A stretch of DNA of 64,000 nucleotides. Source: Bugula neritina (taxonomy: Eukaryota; Animalia; Bryozoa). The translations under genes were made by a program, and so were the position numbers. Within the stretch, counting starts at the first letter, position 1. The number at the start of each line of letters is the position of its first letter. Below, one piece after another: positions 13,201 to 24,800 of the stretch. The notes beneath the pieces are model-generated. The model made no database searches. It saw only the letters and a program-made list of their open reading frames with translations, and was not told the origin of the DNA. The DNA lies in the NCBI GenBank assembly GCA_964035545.1, contig OZ037765.1, forward strand, positions 9,000,698 through 9,064,697. The letters run 5' to 3'.

Positions 13201-15567
13201 TTTATAGTTTGCAGGATGGTTAGTGCTTCGTCAAGTAAATAACATGAAATGCTGTCACTGTGCATGTGTTTGATTTTACAACATTTTATGTTTTTATATT
13301 GGTTTAGTCTGCTGATAATTGGTTTGATCAATATAAATCATAATTCAATACATTTTTTCTATAAAGTTGAAAGATTTGGGCATATCTAAAGTTTTAATTG
13401 TTTGTTGAGACAAGAAGTTGGTGTATCAGAGCATTTGATATTTTACTGAATCCTGGGAGATTGAAATGAGCATTTTATGGCCAAGTTATTTAATCCCACC
13501 TCCTCTTAAAAGCTTCCACTTCATATGTTACCATCTCATTTAAACTCTTACCCAATATGGCAATTTGGAAAATCTCATTAACCAACACCAGCTAACATAA
13601 TGATTTGTAATGGAATTTTCTTTCTTGGTTTAATTATCTGTATTGGGTGTGTTAAAACTTTGAAGTCATGATGTTTAGCTTCTATAGTTGCAACATGGGT
13701 CATTTTACTTAATTTAGTACACACTGAAATCTCCAGTTTTTAGCTATTTTTCACAATTTAAATGGTATTGAACATGGCTTTTTGCCCAAAACTAATAAAA
13801 CACTAATAAATACACCGAAATAATTAGGGTTCTTATTAATTTTGCATGATTTCCCATGGTTTTTCTTATTTATTTAGCCTATTAGGAGTGCGGACCGTTA
13901 CAAAAAACTGTAACGGTCCGCAACCAAAAGTATCTGAATAATTAGGAAAAAAACATGGGAAATGAAGCAAAATTAAAAAGAACTTTGATTATTTAGGTGT
14001 ATTTATTGGTGTTTTACTAGCTTTGATCAAAAAACTATGTTCATTAGCAGTTAAATGGTGAAAAATAGCTAAAAACTGAAGATATCAAGTGTGTACTAAA
14101 TTAAGTAAAATGACCCACTTATAATAATCACCAGATTTTGTATAAGTGTTTTTGCATTAAAAGTATGAAGGTAGGTTTTTGACAATTTAACATTGTTAAT
14201 GTATAATATTCGCATGAAACAATTTTATAGATAGAAAAAGCATTAAAGAATGTAGCAAAAGCAGCAGAATTAGGGAAACAGCTGCAAACTACAAGAAAGC
14301 CCTGTGCTAGCTCTAGTGAGGGTAATCATAAATCTAAGCAAGTTTCAGAGACCGTCCGTGGTCTCTCTTCTTCTCTTCTTGAGAGGGTATGTCTTTTCTT
14401 ACAACTATTGGCATCTTTTGTTATTTAGTAGGTTTTTCTTTTCATGAATATAATGAGAATTCTTGCAAGATCTTTATGGCCGACATACTGAAATACAAAT
14501 GTTATTTTGCCTGGATGTGTTTTCATTTGGGTTTTCACCATTTGCACTTTCCATTGAGCATTTGCAACACTTTAAATGTTATCCCTTGTGTTGCCAGATA
14601 CGAGCTAAAGAAGCACTAAAAGCAGAGGCTGCAATGCTGAGAGACCCGAAAACTGAAAATGAGATTGCTATGCTAGAACGGTTACCCAGTTTAATCAAGA
14701 TCCTTCGATCGTATCCTTTTCTATATTATTAATCTAACCATGTTGGAGTTTCGTAACATTCTAAGTTTGTTTAAATTGAGTGTGAATTGTGTGCTAAAAG
14801 CTTCGTGTTACAACTCTATCATTTTTGTTTAACTGTAAGGAGACTTCATTTTGGCTAACTTTCATGGGTCAAAATTATTTGGTTTTCATGACCCTACGTT
14901 TAAGTCATGATTTTGAAAGCAGCTGAGCACCTGATATCATGTTGTTTGTACAGGGTCAAGCTGTTTATGTTTAATACAACAACTAATTATATTTTCTACT
15001 CATAGTTTGTTTAACAATACTGATTATGCTACTTTGTTAGTTTTTTTAACTCAAGTTGTAAGATATTTTATAACTGAGAAGAAAAATGCTCTTCATGAGG
15101 ACAAAGTTATTGTCACACTCTGTGACAGTTACAAGTCATTCATCAGTCAGAGTGAGTATTTGATCTCCTTTATTATGATATCCTTGCATGGCTGATACTT
15201 CTAGTTTATCATGGTCATAAAATTAGCTTGTAAATGGCCCAGAGTTCTTGAATTTTCATTTGGCTTCCAGTTTCTCATGACAATTCTATTTGCTGCCATT
15301 CACTTGATTTTTGGTGTGGTGTGAGTTAATCTAACCAGATTCTCAGCTAACTTGTACCACTGACTATGTGAGAGAACTTATTTACTCTTTGTAGGCTCAG
15401 TGGAAGATCACATAGCATATATGCTTCAGCTATTTCCTAATTGGATATCTCGAGTGTCAGTGACATCAGGGAAATTCCTGAAAATAAATAAATCCTTGGA
15501 GATAGCTGAGTTAGTTGAACACATCGAAGACATTAAAAAGCGAAAACAATATGTAAAACCCATATGA
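10209..15567 (+). CDS. CDT1: DNA replication licensing factor Cdt1 (about 12 coding exons)
   Basis: N-terminal PIP-degron MAQGKVTDFFEVKK. Conserved PAYKRYKGLA..LTLPSHYKLLKDMFSCCDTVVSLLYNRSECCTFDKLKKAVQDMLRR, LAQIKAVYP, LTRWHHDF, SLLERIRAKE and MLERLPSLIKILRSYFITEKK. Last exon 15395-15567. Confidence 0.95.
13696..14117. mobile_element. Fold-back/MITE-like palindromic element in a CDT1 intron
   Basis: TGGGTCATTTTACTTAATTTAGTACAC at the left pairs with GTGTACTAAATTAAGTAAAATGACCCA at the right. Imperfect arms of about 200 bp meet at the GCGGACCGTTACA-aaaaac-TGTAACGGTCCGC hairpin. Confidence 0.75.
14711..15062 (+). other. U12-type (minor spliceosome) GT-AG intron in CDT1
   Basis: Donor GTATCCTTT at 14711. 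TTTTTAAC branch-site-like motif about 12 nt upstream of the AG at 15061-15062, with no polypyrimidine tract. Splicing restores the frame (LRS|YFITEKK). Confidence 0.8.
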
Positions 15568-16950
15568 TACCTTCATGAGTTTATAATGTAAATTTTAAAA
15601 GTTTGATAATTTTATAATAATTTTAATAATTATGTAGCATTTTGTATATATTTCATGTGTATTTGGAGCATTTTTATCATCACAATTTACTATTTATGAA
15701 TGAATTATAAAATATTCTAATACTTTGTATTACATTTCATTATACTTGGATGCCCATGTGATTTAAGTAAATTTATGCAGATTTTCTCATTAGTTTTATT
15801 CTTACAGGTAATATATATAATTACATTTCTTGCGATCTGTGATGTTCTAGATGTCATTGAACCTAAGACTGCTTATGGTACTGTAATAATTCAACTTATT
15901 TGGAGTTATCAATCTTTGCAACTTATTGAGCCAGTGCAGCAGTATTTCACTACACAACCTTAAGTTGGCCTTTCTTGTTCTGCACAATACAAACTTTTGA
16001 AGAACTTGCCAGCACTGAGTTATCAGATCAAATTATAATTATTGTCCACCCTGGGTTTTATCATGAATGTGAGCATAACCTGGCCTGCTAGTGCAATGGA
16101 GATAAATGATAATTACAATTTCCAAAGTTTCTTTTAATGCTTCTAATCATCTAACTTGTAAAATATTTATTAGTTGAAAGATACATTTCAGTTATATAGT
16201 TGCAGAATCCTTGCTGTTAATAAGGCTATTTGGGATTATAAGTTTATTATATGAAAATAAATTTGTATTTATAGCCTAATGTGCAAGCAAGCCTATCAAG
16301 TAAATATTAAAATCTAACAATTTGAGTTAATTAAGATTTAGTTTAAATTGTTTGGGTGAGATTAATGTGATATGAGATATTGACTGTAAAAACTATAGTG
16401 TTTAAAACCTCTTGGTCTATTGCATATTTTGTTTTGTTAATTTGCCAATAGCCAGTAGAGATCTTCTAACTTTAAACTGTTGTAGTATTTTTAGAATTAA
16501 TTATACTGCAATCTATATAACTTGGCAATAGACGGTGAGATTGGCAAAACATTAGAAGGCCAGCATGAAACCTTATGCCAGCTAATATGTTCTGTGGGTG
16601 TGTAAAGCAGCATCAAATGAAATCTACCCAAATACAATAGTTATTTAACAAGCCAAGGCAGCACTATAAAGCCTAAAGAATTAAGTTACTAAATGTAAAA
16701 CAGTATTTAATAATGCTTTGTGTTTGTTCAGATTATAATACACGGTGCTATGTTTCCAATGTATCGCTTATACATAGGTATTTCAACTCATATCAATAGA
16801 CCTCTAGTATTTACAGTAAATACACAATATTCTTTTAAACAGTGCCATTATCAATTTTCATATTGATCTTGGGTGTTAATTTCAACATGCTAAACCCAAA
16901 GTTCAATAAACTTTATTAGAATAAGAAAGTTTATACTATAATCCAAAACT

Positions 16951-19900
16951 ATGAATATAAGTGACAAAGAATTTGCTTCTATGTTCAATAAGACACTGGA
17001 AAGTACTAGGATTGTCAAACAGCAAACTATGCATTCCATAGAGGAGGAAAATGGAGTTGAAGGAGACACTCCTTATATTTTCATACTAAACAGAATCTCA
17101 GGAGGAATAAGAGCTCATTTCTTATCTCTACACCCTCATAAAGGCTACATTCTTCCACACATTCAGCATGTAACATGGCCGAAGCTGAAAGGATGGTAAG
17201 ACTGATCAATATTTGCCATATAATTATATTCCAAGAAGAATTACAATGACTGTATAATTTATTAAGCAGAATGAATCAATTGCACAATTATAGTTTATTA
17301 AACAGTTGAAACCACATAAACTGTTTGAAAATCATATCTTACTGTAGCAAGACAAGTAAGTAATTTTAAGATAAAGATGAAAGAGTGTCAGTGTGTTGTT
17401 AGCTATAACAAATAGATATGAATTTATTTAAATAGTAAACTGAAATTGGTTATTTGAAATGTATATATATTATTTAGAAATAAATTTTTCATCATAATTG
17501 TAATTGAAGGGTTGATTTTCGGTCGACAGTTTACAAGAACCAGCTGTATTTAATGGGTGGAAAAGAAAAGGAATCTGGTAAGTATACATCTAGAATGATG
17601 AAGTATGACCCAGCCGAAGACAAATGGTCAAACCTGTGCAATCTGAAGAAGCCAAAAGCCTATTTTACAGTCAACGTTGTGGAGAGAAGAATAGTAATTA
17701 CAGGTAGATATAAGTGTAATATCATGTAACCTTATATAATTAAGTAAATGGCAAAACATTAGACTACTTAGTCATCAGATTTCTATTTGAAAAAAATTCA
17801 GTGCTACAGCAGCCTTTTAGGGGACCTGGCTGTTGAGTTAAAGACTGATGCCATCTTATTTATGTTGAATATTAGGATAAAATTGGAGAGAAAGAGAAAG
17901 AACGAGAAAAAGTATTGTGGGTAATAAAATAAAGTATTCGTACAGAGAGAAGACAATTAGTAATATGGTTATTTGTTAGTTATAAATGTTTATTGTCAAA
18001 ACAGCGGAAGATTGTATCCTATCAACACTGGCTAATTTAATTATGCTGAAAATTCTTATAAATTTGTTAATATTGCTTGAAATTGATTAAAAAGTTGCAC
18101 GAATAGTTGTTGACTCTCAAATCAAATCAGTTACAGCCATAACTATAAATATAGAGACTTTCAATCTGGGTGAAAATAGTTCATTATGGTAAAGTAGTAA
18201 AGATATTATTCATGTTTTCCATGCTTGTTGTAGCTATTAAAATTCAGTAGCAGATTTTGACCTTGGTCTCTATTAAGTTTTTTAACGGGCCTTAGTATAA
18301 TGGTCTTTTCACAGTTTTTCATACATCAAGGAAAGAGATAGTTAAACGCAGATCTTGTTTGTCAAAATGTCTAAAATCTAAATAATTAGACGTTTTGCAA
18401 AACCAATCTTGTAAAATTGTGAATTAGTTGAGCAGGATAAAAGACTACATATTTTAGCAAGTGTCATGCTAAATGTCTCTCTATCCATATCGAATACATA
18501 ATTAACTTATATCAGCAAGAAAATATTTTATTTAAAACATGTTGCCGTTTCTTTACCTATGTAGTTATAACAAGTATGCTTTGCATGAAAACCTCCCAGT
18601 GTGGATGAGCCTGTATTTTACATTTAGGAGGTGAGATTAGTAGCGGAGAAGTTTCTGATGTGATTGAAAGTTATGATCCTCTTATTGATGCTTGGTCTCT
18701 GGAAGGGCACCTCCCTGAGCCCCGTAAACATCATTCTTCGACTGTTGTCAACAACAGACTCTACTTCTGTGGTGGACAAGGAGTTGGCTCATCATTTAAT
18801 CACAATTTGTGGTATTCACTCTTACAACCAATAATAAGAAAGTTAAAAGTTGTGTCCGTGGTTTTTAAAATGCTTTGGCCACTTGGTTGGATGCACCACA
18901 ACGACCCAATAGCAAAAGTAGAATACTTACCTGGATCATAGATTCAAATTCTAACTGTGTCCCCCTTATAGAGTCTAGTAATAGCAAAATGGCAGCCAAA
19001 TAGCTTTAAGCTACCAATTGCAAAAGATATTATAGTTGTGCTGTTTGGAAACCATTGTAAATTGGGCAAGTAGCTCATATAAGGCAAGAACCATGTATTA
19101 TGCTGTGGAAAGAAATACCATCGTATGCAAATATTTGTGTATATTTGGAAAGTTTTATAGCTGGGTATAGCATAAAAGTGTGCTTATATTTTCACAATTC
19201 TTTCACTAAACAATTGAGGCTATATATACACCTTTTTATTAATTACTGGCTGGGTTTTTAGGGAACTGAAAAGGGAGTTGAAAATGGTTGGTGAAAAAGA
19301 AACCTTTACTCATCAATGGTTTCATGAATGGGGTCATGTGTTCACTCGTAAAATACAGCAAAGTTTATTATTTGAAGCATCGGGGAAGTTGTTTACTTTG
19401 GGAGGTGAGCTACAAATTTTAGCTCCATTTGTGTCTTATGTTACCAAGGTAATTTTGAAATCAGTGTTTTATTATAGCAATTATACTTCTGTTGCATTTT
19501 TAGTATTTGTACATTTCATAAGAAGGTACCAGCTACCTTTATGACTTGATTAACAGGGTCTTAGATTTTACTTTTTATGACAAAAATACATACCGTCAAT
19601 AATTTTCAATTACTTTTGCAAACAACAACTATATTTCTTAGCGTTATGGGTAATAGAAGTTAGCTAATGATCTTAAACAGTTAATAAAATAACCCGGAGG
19701 CAGTTAGTAAAATTTTACTAACTGCTTTTGGGTTATTTTATTAACTGTTTAAGATCATTAGCTAACTTCTATTACCCATAACGCTAAGAAATATAGTTGT
19801 TGTTTGCAAAGGTAATTGGAAATTATTGACAGTATGTATTTTTGTCATAAAAAGTAAAATCTAAGACCCTGTTAATCAAGTCATAAAGGTAGCTGGTACC

Positions 19901-21416
19901 TTCTTATGAAATGTGCAAGTACTAAAAATCCTAACCAAAAATTTCTTAGAATGAAATTATAATACATATTAATAATAAAATTAAATAACATTTTTACACA
20001 TGTGCATACTCCATAATAAGCATTTAGCAATAAGTAAATTAAATTAGAAATAAATCAGGAGTTTTTTCCAAAGTCTCATTGTCTTGATCAAGGTTAAGGA
20101 GACATTTCATACCAGCGATATTCCACTACTGTTATTTTTCAAAATATTCATTCTACTTTGCAGCTTGGATAACTAGTTTGAAGCATATTATATATTTATG
20201 TGACAATACATGAATTTTAACTAGAGGACATAATAGGAATTTTATGCATATTGTATAAGGTGCTATTCTATTACGAAGGCTTAGTTCAAGGGCCCACAGA
20301 AGATGGAAAAAGACTATTGGATGAGTTAGACATTGACGACCCCAACTCTGACAGCGATGAAGAGGAAGAAAGGAAAAAGCAAAGGAAAACCAAACCATTT
20401 GTCCCATCTTACTTGAGAATGATAGCAGAAACTTCTAGACAAAAAAAGCGAGGACCTAAAAATATTACAAGAACCACCAGACGTGAGAAAATGATATTTA
20501 TTAACAAATTTTTATATTTTCACATATCTCCGCTTTATCCTGTTTGGGTAGCGGAATGTTTCTTTACAATATCACCATCTAAGTTATTCATACCAGCTCA
20601 ACGATTCAATAGAATAATATATAGTGTTTTGAAAATTATTAAATTCTATTTACATTACAGTTTTTGACAATGAGATTCTAAGTAGGGTAGTTTATTTGGC
20701 AGGAAATTATTTTCTAAATTTGTTAATTATTGGCATTTTACTAGGCTTAGCAAGCATTGATGTTGGAAATAATTATCTTCGGCACAAAAATCCATACAAA
20801 GCAATTGCAGATGAAAAACGGATGTTACAAGCAAGAGCTGGAGGGGCCTGTATGAAAGTTGGTATGTTTCAACAGTACAAAATAGTAGCCATTTTTGGAT
20901 TTGTCCCCTCATTATATACATATCGACAAATTATATTATTTCAATGATACGTCCATTAACACATAATGTGTGTGTGTGTGTGTGCAGAGTGATAAATGTA
21001 TTTAGTGAATAAACCCCATTACACGCGCGTGCGTGTGTGTGTGCGTGTGCTTGTGTGTGTGTGTGCTTGTGTGTGTAGATAACGATAACTGATGGGTTGC
21101 CAGTTATCTGAAACTATCGACACAAACACAACAGTTTAGCTGTGTAAGGATATATCTACATACTAAATCAACATGCTATTACAATGCAGGTAAAAGGATA
21201 TATGTGTTTGGAGGCTATCAAATGGAGACAGATCAGCTATACCTACCAAGGGTGGACTACTACCACATAAAGAAAGAACGCTGGTATTCTGCTTTTGATT
21301 TGTTGACTTATGATAATGAATCTTTCAGAGATATCGACGTACAGCTGTTACAAATACCAACTGCCAACCAGAACTTCAAGGTACTGACAACTGCTTATAA
21401 ATTTCCATTATGGTGA
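16951..21416 (+). CDS. Kelch-repeat (beta-propeller) protein, multi-exon
   Basis: Kelch repeats YDPAEDKWS..PKAYFTVNVVERRIVITGG, IESYDPLIDAWS..LPEPRKHHSSTVVNNRLYFCGG and ARAGGACMKVGKRIYVFGG..VDYY..ERW. No BTB domain seen. Start and some exon edges are approximate. Confidence 0.75.
19496..19929. repeat. Near-perfect 434-bp spacerless palindrome in an intron of the kelch gene
   Basis: Arms are reverse complements with about 10 mismatches. The centre is GTAAAA|TTTTAC at 19712/19713. Confidence 0.92.
20967..21077. repeat. (TG)n microsatellites
   Basis: Two interrupted TG runs. Confidence 0.85.
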
Positions 21417-21842
21417 AAATGAGGGTAAATATTGCTAAATGAATAAACATAATATATTTATATGCACTAGGACTTGTATTATAAGATTAGCAGGATCGGT
21501 CTGCTGTTACTTTATTGTAATAACAATTCGTTACACTACAACTGATGAAAGACAATAAATGGTTTTTTAAAATGGAAAACTCACACAAAGTAGCATATTT
21601 ATTTAATAAAATTGAATGAATACAATTTAATGGCAAATTGCATTAGTAATGGCAGTACAAAACATAAACAGGAGAGTAACAAAAATTCATTCTTATTATT
21701 TCCTATAGAAGCAGAATAAAAATTATTTCCAAAAGGCAAATATTATACTTTTACACAGTGTATACAGTCTGCATACAAATAACCTGGTTGTATGAGAATA
21801 AGTTATTTGAATATCGCCTTTTGATAATAAAACATATAAACT

Positions 21843-24800
21843 TCATGAATTGGTGGCATCTTTAGATTCTAAATACTTTTCAATAGCATGTTCTACTTTG
21901 TGTTTCTGAGAGAGTTTGCTTGCCTTTCCCATAAGGCGACCACCTTTAACTGCACCTTTTCCATCTATTAGTTCCAGAACCCTATAAGAAAACAAAACAC
22001 ACAATCAGCAGTGAAAATATCTCAATATTTTACACAAATGTTGAAATCTAAGCAGAGCTGAAAATCAAGTTGAGTTTATGGCCAGTCACACATAGCATTA
22101 CCTAAAGGAATTATATTTACTACATTTTACATCAACTGCTTCTCTTGTCTTGGTACTTTACACTTTACCACACTTGGGAGGTGCAAGAAAGGTTTTCCTT
22201 TTATTGTGCAAAACTGTTTTTTAAACACCAAGCATCTGTTTTCTCATTAGAAAGCTTCAGAGTAGGTAGATTAAAAATATTTCACAGCTTAGAAGGTAGC
22301 ATATAGACGAGCAAAAAATGCCCCCCCCCCCCCCCAAGAAGCCCTCTGAGACATCCATTAGACTTACAATACTCTAAAGTATAATCCCATAAAGCCTGGG
22401 CATATGATACAAGTAATCACTGCTAAGTTTATGGGAAATGCTGAAAAGCGCAAATTCATACGAGTCATAAAGAAATACTGTTCACATACTTGGGTGCCAG
22501 TTCTTTCACATCTGTCTCTACACCACAGAGTATGAAGTTACCAGCTCCTCTGTCATCTCCGACAGTAATAAATTTGATAATGTGCTCCTATCATGTGAAA
22601 CCAACAGTGTATAAAGTTTGTAACGCACCAAATAATGATTTCACCATGACATGAAGCGATAACTCCAACACAAAGAATTTGCAATTATAGCTAAACACTA
22701 TAATTGGCTAATAATGCATTAGAAAGACTTTCAATAGTAGTTATCTGCACAATGTTACACCACAGAAATAATTCAACTCACTGGACATGTTAGCTTCTGA
22801 ACTAGACTTAGCAGATACTCAATTTCTCCTTCTCTCCTATCAATAATCACATATAACAGGTTAAATAAATATTAAAACATTTACATAATAATAATACGTA
22901 TGTGGATTATACCAAATTGCTACAATGACTAAAATACTGCACGTATAAATCAAAACAAAACAGAGTAGAATTTAGGCCACACAGCTGGTAGTTTGAACAT
23001 GCTTTACTATTATTAGTAATAATGACAAAACAAAATTACAAGCAAGAGAATATCAAACAATATATAAACATGACATTATTACAATATTTCGCTAACCGAT
23101 GATGGCAAATGTATTTGGAGTTACTTTCTTTCAGTTTTGAGCTGAGTTCCTTCGCCTCGTAACCAACCAACTCTTTCAGCAAATTTGAAGAGTTCTGCAA
23201 AACAATTCAATAAAAACTATACCTTCAATATTCACTTGATGTGAAATTAGGATATAATGAACATGTAATAAGATGAAAAGCTGACCTTGGAAGCAGATTT
23301 GTATGAATTTTGAAGTTTCTTAATGAGATCAGGATAGTCAGTAGGAGAACCTCTGAAATATATTCGAGATCCATCAGTAAATAAAAGCAGATACTTTATT
23401 TTATTAATAAAAAGATAAGTAAATATGCTCCAGAATTTAAAAAAATAGGGATAAAAATATAAACACACTTGAAAATAATGTTGAAAATATATTTCAAAAA
23501 GACTTTTCAGCCAAAAAAGACATCATACTGATAAAGGTTTGAGATACAACCAAATGTGAATATTCTAATACAAATAAACTAATTGCACACAAAAAGAGCT
23601 AATTTTAGAAAAGAGCAAACCTCATGAGTGTATTGATTTGTCTTTCAATATTCAGAGATTTTTCTAAGGCGTTCACCACTCTTTTACCAGCATGAAAATG
23701 CAACAACGTATTGCCCTTCTTTCCCTTCTCTGTACCAAGAAGTTTGATAACCTTCAACCAATAACTAGTCAATATACAACTGTGAAACTCACAACGCCAA
23801 ATTACTCAAAAGTTTAGGAGAAGCTAATAATCTAAATTCTAACGACTTTATTTAATGTTTTTTTCAACAGAATCACAAACTTCATTAAATATATTTCTGT
23901 AGAGTTACACACATTTTAGAATGCTGATTACCTGTAAGTGAGCCAGATTAGAAACATGTGTACCGCAACACAAGTTCACATCTATTCCCTCTATAGTCAT
24001 TACTCTTAGAGGTCCTGCAATATTCTCCGGTAGCCCTCGAGTTTTTATCTAACAATATAGAATAACTTCATAAGCCAGCAGCAACGTTTCAATTCTACAT
24101 ATTAAAATAGGCTAATGAGAAGGGAAGAAGGGAAATAAACCTCACCTTGTCAGTTAGTGTAAGAAGTTACGCTCTAAAGTTAGTTAACTATTTACCTATC
24201 ACAAAACATGTCGCACATAATATAAAGTGCTGCATATGTTCGATAAACAGTAACGCAGTGAAGGTTGCGTTAGCTATTGTTGCCTCTTGACAGACCAGCG
24301 GCAACAATGGTATAATTCAGCTTCTTTCAACATGAAAAAGTGAGAAATTTATAAAGAAGAGTAACCAATTTTTACAAGAAATTAAAAGTCTAGATAGATT
24401 AATTGCCACTTTGTAAGAAAGATTCACTCATTTACACTGAACTTCTAGAGATGCCATCAACACTTTACCTTGTCTACGGCAGGATCGTTGAGTTCGTAAT
24501 AAGTGGGGTACATAGGTCGCTGCTCCCTGATATATTGATTACACAACTCCTCTAACTGGTTTATCTGTTCATTTGTTATGACTGGAGTATTAAATTCAAC
24601 TTTACAAACACTCTCTCCTAGACTCCTATGCAGTAAACACAAGATATACAACTTAGCAGATAGTAATTACACAGAGGTATTGGCAGAGTATTAAATTAGT
24701 TTTTTTTGCAAAATTACATTAATTAGTAATCAATACCCTTGAACACGCACCATGATGTAGTATCAAAGTTGAATACAGTCTCTGCAATGGCTGAGATTAG

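Noticed and set aside
24205-24315. Adjacent small hairpins in an AARSD1 intron (possible H/ACA snoRNA)
   Set aside because: No convincing H box, ACA spacing or pseudouridylation pockets by eye; an Infernal/Rfam search would be needed.
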